A stretch of 32,000 bases of DNA, from contig OZ245049.1 in assembly GCA_965224465.1 (NCBI GenBank), positions 1,590,001 through 1,622,000 of the forward strand. The letters are read 5' to 3'. The notes below the pieces were generated by a model. That model saw only the letters and a program-made list of their open reading frames with translations, searched no databases and was not told the origin of the DNA. Below, in pieces: positions 24,696-32,000 of this stretch; position 1 is the first letter of the stretch, and every line of letters starts with the position of its first letter. This stretch comes from Flavobacteriaceae bacterium (GTDB lineage Bacteria; Bacteroidota; Bacteroidia; Flavobacteriales; Flavobacteriaceae). The position numbers and the translations under genes are program-made.

Positions 24696-24751
24696 GTAAT
24701 TCATAATTACATAGGTAAAAAGCAAGACCTCTTACAATTATTTTCAGATCT

Positions 24752-25894
24752 CTAGTCCCTCAAAACGCTTCTAGAAATTACAATTTTCTGAATTTCAGAA
24801 GTCCCTTCATATATCTGGGTGATTTTTGCATCACGCATATGTCTTTCTACATGGTATTCTTTTACAAAACCATTTCCACCGTGTATTTGTACAGCTTCAA
24901 CGGTTACATTCATTGCCATATCAGCGGCATATAATTTTGCCATAGCCCCAGATAAATCATAGTTCTTATGTTGATCTTTATCCCAAGCTGCTTTCATACA
25001 TAGATGACGAGCAGCTTCAATTTGAGTCGCCATATCAGCCAATTTAAAAGCAATGGCTTGATGCTCACAAATAGGTTTTCCAAATGATTTACGCTCTTTA
25101 GAATACTTCAATGCTATTTCATAAGCCCCAGAAGCGATTCCTAAAGCCTGTGCCGCAATTCCAATACGTCCACCGGCCAAGGTTTTCATGGCAAATTTAA
25201 AACCAAAACCATCTTCACCTATTCTATTTTCTTTAGGCACTTTTACATCTGTGAATAGTAAGGAATGAGTATCCGAACCACGTATTCCTAATTTATTTTC
25301 TTTAGGACCAACAACAAATCCTTCTGCACCTTTTTCAATAATCAATGCATTGATTCCTTTGTGTCCTTTATCTCTATCTGTTTGAGCAATTACGATATAA
25401 ACACTCGCGGTTCCTCCATTGGTAATCCAATTTTTTGTACCATTCACCAAATAATGATCTCCCATATCAATGGCAGTTGTTTGTTGGGATGTAGCATCAC
25501 TTCCTGCTTCTGGCTCACTCAAACAAAATGCTCCGAGGATTTCTCCTGTCACAAGTTTTGTCAAGTACTTTTGCTTTTGCTCTTCCGTACCATAGGCTTC
25601 CAATCCCCAACACACCAGTGAGTTGTTCACAGACATGACTACAGAGGCTGAGGCATCTACTTTAGAAATTTCTTCCATTGCCAATATATAAGAAACAGTA
25701 TCCATTCCTCCACCTCCATATTTAGGAGACACCATCATCCCTAAAAAACCAAGAGCTCCCATTTTTTTAATTTGTTCTGTAGGAAACTGTTGATTTTCAT
25801 CACGTTCAATTACGCCTTCAAGCAATTCGTTTTGTGCAAAGTCCCGAGCAGCATCTCTAATCATAATTTGCTCTTCTGTTAAGCTAAAGTCCAT
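24752..25894 (-). CDS. Acyl-CoA dehydrogenase (short/branched-chain type)
   Basis: 380-aa ORF with full-length ACAD architecture. It ends with the typical ...IYEGTSEIQKIVISR motif that contains the catalytic Glu region. Confidence 0.9.
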   Translation of the reverse strand: MDFSLTEEQIMIRDAARDFAQNELLEGVIERDENQQFPTEQIKKMGALGFLGMMVSPKYGGGGMDTVSYILAMEEISKVDASASVVMSVNNSLVCWGLEAYGTEEQKQKYLTKLVTGEILGAFCLSEPEAGSDATSQQTTAIDMGDHYLVNGTKNWITNGGTASVYIVIAQTDRDKGHKGINALIIEKGAEGFVVGPKENKLGIRGSDTHSLLFTDVKVPKENRIGEDGFGFKFAMKTLAGGRIGIAAQALGIASGAYEIALKYSKERKSFGKPICEHQAIAFKLADMATQIEAARHLCMKAAWDKDQHKNYDLSGAMAKLYAADMAMNVTVEAVQIHGGNGFVKEYHVERHMRDAKITQIYEGTSEIQKIVISRSVLRD

Positions 25895-25929
25895 ATAATA
25901 AGTATTTATTTGAGTGTGTTAAACATATC

Positions 25930-25937
25930 CAAATATA
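25930..25937 (-). promoter_or_regulatory. Candidate -7 promoter box (TATATTTG) for the acyl-CoA dehydrogenase gene
   Basis: The minus strand reads TATATTTG (TAnnTTTG), 36 nt upstream of the ATG at 25894. Confidence 0.4.
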
Positions 25938-26271
25938 AAGCTTTTTTTCGCGATTATATTATTGAATTTCCAACAAAAATCACTTTCACTTACAAATTAC
26001 GAAACAAAAACCAAAACGGTCAGGGTAAAAACACAAGGAATAGCATTATATACATGATAATTTCAACGACACACGCAACAACTAAAAAAGAAACTCATTA
26101 AATTCTAATGAAATTTATAAATACGACAATTAAACACCCATTTCTAAAAGTATACAACAACAAAAAGGCTCTAAAAGAAAAATAATCACACTTAACACCA
26201 ACATATACAGCAACTTAATATTTACTAGTATAACTATTTTACAATATCCTCAAAAAATAGCGAGTTGTTTG

Positions 26272-26279
26272 TATATTTG
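26272..26279 (+). promoter_or_regulatory. Candidate -7 promoter box (TATATTTG) for the amino-acid dehydrogenase/nhaD unit
   Basis: Matches TAnnTTTG, 48 nt upstream of the ATG at 26327. Confidence 0.4.
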
Positions 26280-26326
26280 ATAACATTTTTAAGATACATT
26301 TTGATTAAAATTCACAAAATTATATC

Positions 26327-27559
26327 ATGAAAGAATTATTAAAGAAATACGAAAACAAAAAACCTGAAATAATTTTTCACTGGAAAGACCCAGAAACAGA
26401 AGCTGAAGGTTGGACTGTAATAAATTCTTTACGAGGAGGAGCAGCTGGTGGAGGCACCAGAATGCGTAAAGGACTTGATATAAATGAAGTGTTATCACTT
26501 GCCAAAACAATGGAGGTTAAATTCACTGTATCAGGGCCAAATATAGGTGGTGCTAAATCTGGAATTAACTTTGACCCAAACGACCCAAGAAAAGGAGCCG
26601 TTTTAAAAAGATGGTACAAAGCAGTAGCCCCTTTATTAAAGCATTATTATGGAACAGGAGGTGATTTAAACGTAGATGAAATTCACGATGTAATACCATT
26701 GACAGAAGACTGTGGTGTTTGGCATCCTCAAGAAGGTGTCTTTAATGGTCATTATAAACCTACAGAAGCAGAAAAAATCAACCGAATTGGACAATTGCGC
26801 CATGGAGTTATAAAAGTCATAGAAGACACACAATTATCTCCTGACATTTCACGTAAATACACCGTTGCCGACATGTTAACTGGCTACGGAGTTGCAGAAG
26901 CAGTAAAACATTATTACACAATATACGGAGGCACCATCCAAGGAAAGAAGGCCATTATTCAAGGATTTGGAAATGTAGGATCTGCAGCTGCTTATTATTT
27001 AACTCAACTAGGAGCAAAAGTAGTAGGAATTATAGACAAAGACGGAGGGATTATCAACAAAAATGGATATAGCATCGCTGAAATTCGCACGCTATTTTTA
27101 ACTAAAAACGGAAATAAATTAAAAGCGGACAATATGATTCCTTTTGATGAAATTAACAAAAAAATATGGAGCCTTCCTGCTGAAATATTTATCCCAGCAG
27201 CAGCGTCTCGATTGGTTACAAAAAACCAAGTACAACAAATGATAGACTCTGGACTGGAGGTTGTATCGCCAGGCGCCAATGTACCATTTGCAGATAAAGA
27301 AATATTTTTCGGACCTATTATGGAACATACGGACAATCAAGTAAGTCTTATTCCAGATTTTATTTCTAATTGCGGAATAGCACGTGTATTTGCTTATCTA
27401 ATGGAATCTCGCATCCCACTTCCTATGAAAGATCAAGCCATTTTTGACGACACGTCAAACACTATCAAAAGAGCATTAACTAAAACATTTAATAAAAACT
27501 CAAGTAAAACTGAAATTTGCAAAACAGCATTTGAAATTGCATTAAACCAACTCGTATAA
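26327..27559 (+). CDS. Glu/Leu/Phe/Val-family amino-acid dehydrogenase
   Basis: 410-aa ORF. Substrate-domain motif GGAAGGGTRM...GGAKSGINFDP (catalytic Lys region) and Rossmann motif IQGFGNVGS. Confidence 0.85.
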   Translation: MKELLKKYENKKPEIIFHWKDPETEAEGWTVINSLRGGAAGGGTRMRKGLDINEVLSLAKTMEVKFTVSGPNIGGAKSGINFDPNDPRKGAVLKRWYKAVAPLLKHYYGTGGDLNVDEIHDVIPLTEDCGVWHPQEGVFNGHYKPTEAEKINRIGQLRHGVIKVIEDTQLSPDISRKYTVADMLTGYGVAEAVKHYYTIYGGTIQGKKAIIQGFGNVGSAAAYYLTQLGAKVVGIIDKDGGIINKNGYSIAEIRTLFLTKNGNKLKADNMIPFDEINKKIWSLPAEIFIPAAASRLVTKNQVQQMIDSGLEVVSPGANVPFADKEIFFGPIMEHTDNQVSLIPDFISNCGIARVFAYLMESRIPLPMKDQAIFDDTSNTIKRALTKTFNKNSSKTEICKTAFEIALNQLV

Positions 27560-27568
27560 AAACAACCC

Positions 27569-28933
27569 ATGGAATCATTAATTATTTTAATATTCGTACT
27601 CGGATATTTAGCCATTACCTTAGAACACAATTTAAAACTAGATAAATTAATCCCTGCCCTAGCCATGATGGCAGTAATTTGGGCATTAGTATCTCTTGGA
27701 ATAGACGCATTCCCAAACTGGTTTGACTCTGGAGCACACAAATTAGTAGAAGGATTTTCTGAATTTACATCAGATGAAAAACACCATCTTTTAGAAGAAA
27801 CCTTATTGCATCATTTAGGAAAAACTGCAGAAATATTATTTTTCTTATTAGGAGCAATGACCATTGTTGAAATGATTGACTATTTTGATGGTTTTGCAAC
27901 TTTTAAAGGATACATAAAAACAAAAAGCAAGAAAAAATTATTATGGATTTTTGCTGTCTTAGCATTTATCCTATCCGCAATTATTGACAACTTAACAGCC
28001 ACCATTGTATTAATCACCATATTACAAAAAATAATCAAAGACAAAAACACACGTTTGTATTTTGCTGGTTTAATTATTATTGCTGCCAATGCAGGTGGGG
28101 CTTGGTCTCCAATTGGAGATGTAACCACTACTATGTTGTGGATTGGAAAAAAAGTAACTACAGTAAAACTTATTGAGTACTTAATTATCCCATCTTTACT
28201 ATGTATGGCAGTACCAACGTTTATAGCCTCCTATTTAAAACCATTTCAAGGAGATATTGAAGCAGAACTAACAGATGATGGATCAAAAAACATACACGGA
28301 TCAACTATGTTATACTTAGGGTTAGGAGCTATTATGTTTGTCCCTATTTTCAAAACAGTAACGCATTTACCTCCTTATGTTGGAATGATGTTATCCTTAT
28401 CTGTTGTAGGAATATTTGCAGAGATGTACAGCCGCTCTAAATTTAGCATATCAAAAGCCGTAGACTCTGAAGGTGATGATTCGCAAGGACATCACAGCCC
28501 AGTTCATGCCTCACTTTCAAAAATAGAAATGCCAAGTGTATTGTTCTTTTTTGGTATCTTAATGGCAGTAGCAGCATTAGAATCTTTAGGGATTTTATTT
28601 TTAGGAGCCGCATCATTACAAGAAATAATACCAAATACAGATATTGTCGTAATGCTATTAGGAGTAGGATCTGCAGTTGTAGATAACGTTCCTTTAGTCG
28701 CTGCAAGTTTAGGGATGTTCTCCGAAGGAATTGACGATCCTCTATGGCACTTTGTAGCATTTGCTGCTGGAACTGGAGGTTCTATGTTAATTATAGGATC
28801 TGCTGCTGGTGTAGTTGCCATGGGAATGGAAAAAATAGATTTTTTCTGGTACTTCAAAAAAATCGCATGGCTAGCTGCTATCGGATTTATAGTTGGATCA
28901 CTTGCCTTTATGGGAATGAGAGCAATCCTATAA
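27569..28933 (+). CDS. nhaD: NhaD-type Na+/H+ antiporter (ArsB/NhaD permease superfamily)
   Basis: 454-aa polytopic membrane ORF whose length and sequence resemble NhaD-family antiporters. Starts 9 nt after the dehydrogenase stop. Confidence 0.75.
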   Translation: MESLIILIFVLGYLAITLEHNLKLDKLIPALAMMAVIWALVSLGIDAFPNWFDSGAHKLVEGFSEFTSDEKHHLLEETLLHHLGKTAEILFFLLGAMTIVEMIDYFDGFATFKGYIKTKSKKKLLWIFAVLAFILSAIIDNLTATIVLITILQKIIKDKNTRLYFAGLIIIAANAGGAWSPIGDVTTTMLWIGKKVTTVKLIEYLIIPSLLCMAVPTFIASYLKPFQGDIEAELTDDGSKNIHGSTMLYLGLGAIMFVPIFKTVTHLPPYVGMMLSLSVVGIFAEMYSRSKFSISKAVDSEGDDSQGHHSPVHASLSKIEMPSVLFFFGILMAVAALESLGILFLGAASLQEIIPNTDIVVMLLGVGSAVVDNVPLVAASLGMFSEGIDDPLWHFVAFAAGTGGSMLIIGSAAGVVAMGMEKIDFFWYFKKIAWLAAIGFIVGSLAFMGMRAIL

Positions 28934-28957
28934 CCAGCATCTAAAAAAATAAAAAAA

Positions 28958-28996
28958 CCTGACTTGGAATAAATAGCTCTAAGTCAGGATTTTTTT
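28958..28996 (+). terminator. Rho-independent terminator after nhaD
   Basis: CCTGACTT (28958-28965) pairs with AAGTCAGG (28981-28988), followed by T-run 28990-28996. It lies 25 nt past the nhaD stop, with an A-run on the left side. Confidence 0.75.
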
Positions 28997-29022
28997 ATCA
29001 AAAATTAACTCTCTATACCAAC

Positions 29023-29176
29023 TAAAATTCAAAATGACCGATATAAAAAGTTTATTTTACGTTCTAGCGTTGTTAAAAAAACAGAATGATAGCTAAGGCT
29101 ATCCTTCAAATTTCCGCCTAACTAAAACAAAAAATAATTACATTTCTAAACCGTCACTTGGAAATTTAACCGGTAT
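29023..29176 (+). repeat. MITE-like intergenic repeat, full copy C
   Basis: See copy A. Lies between the nhaD terminator and the candidate exbB promoter. Confidence 0.7.
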
Positions 29177-29202
29177 TACTTGCATGCATATCACAAATTA
29201 AA

Positions 29203-29210
29203 TATTTTTG
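29203..29210 (+). promoter_or_regulatory. Candidate -7 promoter box (TATTTTTG) for exbB-exbD-tonB-folC
   Basis: Matches TAnnTTTG. A TTG at 29180-29182 lies 20 nt upstream. The box is 95 nt upstream of the exbB ATG. Confidence 0.45.
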
Positions 29211-29304
29211 CTAAAAAAACGCTTGGAATATCTTTACAAAATTATTTTAAACAATTTTAGATTCCAAATTACGTTTTAAATTTAAGAATCATAAAAAAGT
29301 ATCT

Positions 29305-29985
29305 ATGTCATTAACAATTCAAGACATTCCCGAAGAAGTAATCTCGGAAGAAAAAACATTGTCTATCTATAATTTAATTATGGACGGAGGTCTAGGAGGT
29401 CAAATTATAATTGCCATTTTAGTACTCTTGTTAGCTGTAGCCTTATACATTTACTTTGAACGTTTTTTCGCAATCAAAGCAGCTTCAAAAACAGACAAGA
29501 ATTTCATGAATCAAATTAAAGATCACATCACCGAAGGAAAAATTGATGCGGCCAAAAATTTGTGTGCTCAGGTAGATTCACCTGTGGCTAGATTGATAGA
29601 AAAAGGAATCACACGTATAGGAAAACCTTTAGAAGACATCAATAAAGCCATCGAAAATGCAGGCAGATTAGAAATTTACAAACTAGAAAAGAATGTTTCA
29701 GTACTAGCCACCATTGCAGGAGCTGCACCTATGTTAGGATTCTTAGGGACAGTAATTGGAATGATTGTTGCGATTCACGAAATCGCAAATGCGGGTGGTC
29801 AAATAGATATTAAATTGCTTTCTGATGGATTGTATACCGCAATGACCACCACAGTAGCAGGATTAATTGTAGGGATTATTGCTTATATCACATACAACCA
29901 CCTAGTGGTAAGAACCAATAAAATGGTGTATGAAATGGAAGCCAAATCAGTGGAGTTTTTAGATTTATTAAACGAACCTATTTAA
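29305..29985 (+). CDS. exbB: MotA/TolQ/ExbB-family proton channel
   Basis: 226-aa ORF with three hydrophobic segments and the conserved ...LATIAGAAPMLGFLGTVIGMI... motif. Followed by ExbD-like and TonB-like genes. Confidence 0.85.
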   Translation: MSLTIQDIPEEVISEEKTLSIYNLIMDGGLGGQIIIAILVLLLAVALYIYFERFFAIKAASKTDKNFMNQIKDHITEGKIDAAKNLCAQVDSPVARLIEKGITRIGKPLEDINKAIENAGRLEIYKLEKNVSVLATIAGAAPMLGFLGTVIGMIVAIHEIANAGGQIDIKLLSDGLYTAMTTTVAGLIVGIIAYITYNHLVVRTNKMVYEMEAKSVEFLDLLNEPI

Positions 29986-29986
29986 G

Positions 29987-30379
29987 ATGGATATTAGAGG
30001 AAGAAATAAAATAGATCCAAGTTTTAACATGTCCTCTATGACGGACATTGTATTTTTATTGTTGATTTTCTTTATGATTACATCTACCTTGGTCACTACC
30101 AATGCATTGGATATTTTATTACCAAAAGCAAGTGGAAAAACAGAAAACAAGAAATCTGTAGCTGTTACTATTACAAAAAAACTGGTCTACTATATTGACC
30201 AGAAAAAAACATCAGAAAAAAACTTAGAAAAACAACTGTTAACAACATTGAGCACATACGACAATCCAACGATAATTTTACGTGCAGAAGAAGGAGTTCC
30301 CATAGAAAAAGCGGTTCGTATTATGGACATTGCTAACAGAAACAGGTATAAAGTAATTTTAGCCGTAAGACCAAAATAA
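29987..30379 (+). CDS. exbD: ExbD/TolR-family biopolymer transport protein
   Basis: 130-aa ORF with the N-terminal motif MSSMTDIVFLLLIFFMITST (single TM with conserved Asp). Starts 1 nt after the exbB stop. Confidence 0.85.
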   Translation: MDIRGRNKIDPSFNMSSMTDIVFLLLIFFMITSTLVTTNALDILLPKASGKTENKKSVAVTITKKLVYYIDQKKTSEKNLEKQLLTTLSTYDNPTIILRAEEGVPIEKAVRIMDIANRNRYKVILAVRPK

Positions 30380-30381
30380 CT

Positions 30382-31266
30382 ATGTCTATTATTGATACAT
30401 CACATAAAAGAAAATCAGTCATACTCACCAGTATTATTATGAGCGTGTTGTTTGTTTGTATTTTCTTATTTGGATTGAAATACTTAGATCCACCTACTGA
30501 ATATGGAATCGCCATAAATTTCGGAACATCCGATGTAGGCATGGGTACTATTCAACCTACAGAAGCCTTAAAAGCAAGCGTTCCCGAAACCACAGAAGCA
30601 CAAGAAGAAACCATCCCACAAGAAGAAACAACTGTTGAAGAAACAGCAGCAGAGAAAGTAGAAAAAGCAGCAGAAAACACAGAAGATGTCGCTACTCAAA
30701 ACCTCGAAGAGGCCATTGCTATTAAAAAACAGGAAGCTGCAAAAATAGCCCAACAAAAAGCCTTTGCAGAAAAACAACGCAAGGCAAAAGAAAAAGCTGA
30801 TGCTCTCAAAAAAAAGCAGCAAGAAGAAGCTAAAAAACGAAAAGATTTAGATGCCTTAATGGGCGGGTTTAATAATGGATCTGGAAATGCTTCTGGCGGT
30901 GAAGGCGATGACAACAGCCCTGGAGATAAAGGAAAAATTACAGGAGATATCAACGCAGAAGGATACACTGGTAATGGAGGTGGAAATGGTACTGGAAATT
31001 ACAATTTAGGAAACAGAAAACCATTAAACAGACCCAAACCACAGTATTTATGTGAAGAAGAAGGCTTAGTAATAGTCCGAATTGAAGTCAATAATACAGG
31101 AAAGGTAATTAGAGCTACCGCAGGAATTAAAGGCTCTACAAACACCGCTGACTGCCTTTTGTCTCAAGCAAAAAAAGCAGCACTTCAAACCAAATGGCAA
31201 GCTGATTCAAAGGCGCCTCAAAAACAAATAGGAACTATCAAATATAGATTTTCCCTATCCCAATAA
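30382..31266 (+). CDS. tonB: TonB-like energy-transducer protein
   Basis: 294-aa ORF with one N-terminal TM, a highly charged E/K-rich linker and a G/N-rich segment. The C-terminal about 80 aa resemble a TonB C-domain (EEGLVIVRIEVNNTGKVIRAT...). Third gene after exbB and exbD. Confidence 0.7.
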   Translation: MSIIDTSHKRKSVILTSIIMSVLFVCIFLFGLKYLDPPTEYGIAINFGTSDVGMGTIQPTEALKASVPETTEAQEETIPQEETTVEETAAEKVEKAAENTEDVATQNLEEAIAIKKQEAAKIAQQKAFAEKQRKAKEKADALKKKQQEEAKKRKDLDALMGGFNNGSGNASGGEGDDNSPGDKGKITGDINAEGYTGNGGGNGTGNYNLGNRKPLNRPKPQYLCEEEGLVIVRIEVNNTGKVIRATAGIKGSTNTADCLLSQAKKAALQTKWQADSKAPQKQIGTIKYRFSLSQ

Positions 31267-31267
31267 A

Positions 31268-32000
31268 ATGACATACACGCAAACCATACACTGGATGTTT
31301 GAACAGCTTCCCATGTACCAACGTCAAGGAAAAACTGCTTTTAAAAAAGATTTAACAAACATTCTTGCATTTTCTGATCATTTAAAAAAACCAGAAACTA
31401 AATTCAAAAGTATCCACGTAGCAGGCACCAATGGAAAAGGTTCTACGAGTCACATGATTGCCTCTATACTGCAAGAAGCAGGTTATAAAGTAGGACTCTA
31501 CACCTCCCCTCATTTAAAAGATTTTAGAGAACGCATTAAAATTAACGGTCAAGAGATAACCGAAGATTATGTGGTCAAATTCATTTTAAAAAACAAATCG
31601 TTTTTAGAACAACAAAAACTATCATTTTTTGAAATGACTGTTGGTTTGGCTTTTGACTATTTCGCCAATAAACAGGTAGATTTTGCAATCATAGAAGTTG
31701 GATTAGGAGGGAGATTAGACTCCACGAATATCATTCAACCAGAAATGGCAATTATTACGAATATAGGTCTAGACCATACGCAGTTTTTAGGAACTACACT
31801 CCCCGAAATTGCTGCAGAAAAAGGAGGCATTATAAAATCCAATATCCCTACCATTATAGGTGAATTTCAAGAAGAAACCTTTTCTGTATTTGAACAACTC
31901 GCTTTTGACTTAGAAAGCCCCTTGTATTTAGCAGAAGTTTTAATAGAAGACAACTATGCGTGTGATTTAAAAGGAACCTATCAACAACACAACATAAAAA
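31268..32000 (+). CDS. folC: Folylpolyglutamate synthase/dihydrofolate synthase, 5' partial (runs off the window)
   Basis: Not in the ORF track because it has no stop in the window. My own translation from ATG 31268 is open to 32000. It reads MTYTQTIHWMFEQLPMYQRQGKTAFK...IHVAGTNGKGSTSHMIA...IIEVGLGGRLDSTN...ITNIGLDHTQFLG, the Mur-ligase/FolC P-loop and signature motifs. Confidence 0.85.
   Translation, partial: MTYTQTIHWMFEQLPMYQRQGKTAFKKDLTNILAFSDHLKKPETKFKSIHVAGTNGKGSTSHMIASILQEAGYKVGLYTSPHLKDFRERIKINGQEITEDYVVKFILKNKSFLEQQKLSFFEMTVGLAFDYFANKQVDFAIIEVGLGGRLDSTNIIQPEMAIITNIGLDHTQFLGTTLPEIAAEKGGIIKSNIPTIIGEFQEETFSVFEQLAFDLESPLYLAEVLIEDNYACDLKGTYQQHNIK

Noticed and set aside
25910-26101. 63-aa ORF in the long intergenic region
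   Set aside because: It has a TTG start and overlaps the candidate promoter of the acyl-CoA dehydrogenase gene. Its K/N/T-rich sequence simply reflects the A/C-rich DNA, and no homology is recognisable.
26325-27741. Several minus-strand ORFs (61-110 aa) overlapping the dehydrogenase gene and the dehydrogenase/nhaD junction, plus 27880-28128, 28443-28857 and 28744-28944 within nhaD
   Set aside because: These frames overlap genes with clear family signatures. They are rich in P/A/G or L/I, which mirrors the sense-strand codons.
30568-30968. Two minus-strand ORFs (84 and 90 aa) inside the tonB-like gene
   Set aside because: They are generated by the GAA/AAA-rich low-complexity linker region. 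The antisense reads as F/C/L/S repeats and is not credible coding sequence.
1-32000. Search for CRISPR arrays, tRNA/rRNA genes, transposase/integrase/phage genes, toxin-antitoxin or defence-system gene pairs
   Set aside because: I found no regularly spaced direct repeats and no cloverleaf-like or rRNA-like segments. Every ORF of convincing length is assigned to carbohydrate utilisation or housekeeping. The window shows no genomic-island hallmarks apart from the small repeat family reported above.

Overview
AT-rich window from a Bacteroidota chromosome, most likely Flavobacteriia. This is inferred from SusC/SusD genes, a T9SS C-terminal sorting domain, TAnnTTTG-type promoter boxes and the absence of Shine-Dalgarno sequences. 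About 24.5 kb (280-24527) is an alpha-glucan (starch/maltodextrin) polysaccharide utilisation locus. Its minus-strand part has two transcription units. One encodes an MFS sugar symporter, beta-phosphoglucomutase and a GH65 maltose phosphorylase, and ends at a strong terminator. The other encodes a SusA-like GH13, a GH31 alpha-glucosidase and two further GH13 alpha-amylases. A LacI-family regulator lies upstream of both. The divergent plus-strand part encodes susC, susD, a SusE/F-like lipoprotein with three tandem binding modules, an 1101-aa multidomain GH13 with a T9SS sorting tail, and a two-module FN3-like lipoprotein. The remaining 7.5 kb is housekeeping: acyl-CoA dehydrogenase, a Glu/Leu/Phe/Val-family dehydrogenase, an NhaD-type antiporter, exbB-exbD-tonB-like genes and the 5' part of folC (open at the window end). 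I saw no rRNA, tRNA, CRISPR array, transposase or integrase, and no convincing novel multi-gene system. The least ordinary signal is a ~150-bp MITE-like intergenic repeat: two full copies in opposite orientation and one truncated core. It has imperfect terminal inverted repeats and a frame-conserved 28-codon small ORF. Other points worth checking are a perfect 14-bp LacI-type palindrome plus a related site 31 bp away in the susC leader, an inverted repeat at the candidate MFS-operon promoter, and the use of a T9SS-sorted GH13 where the Bacteroides Sus model has a lipoprotein amylase.
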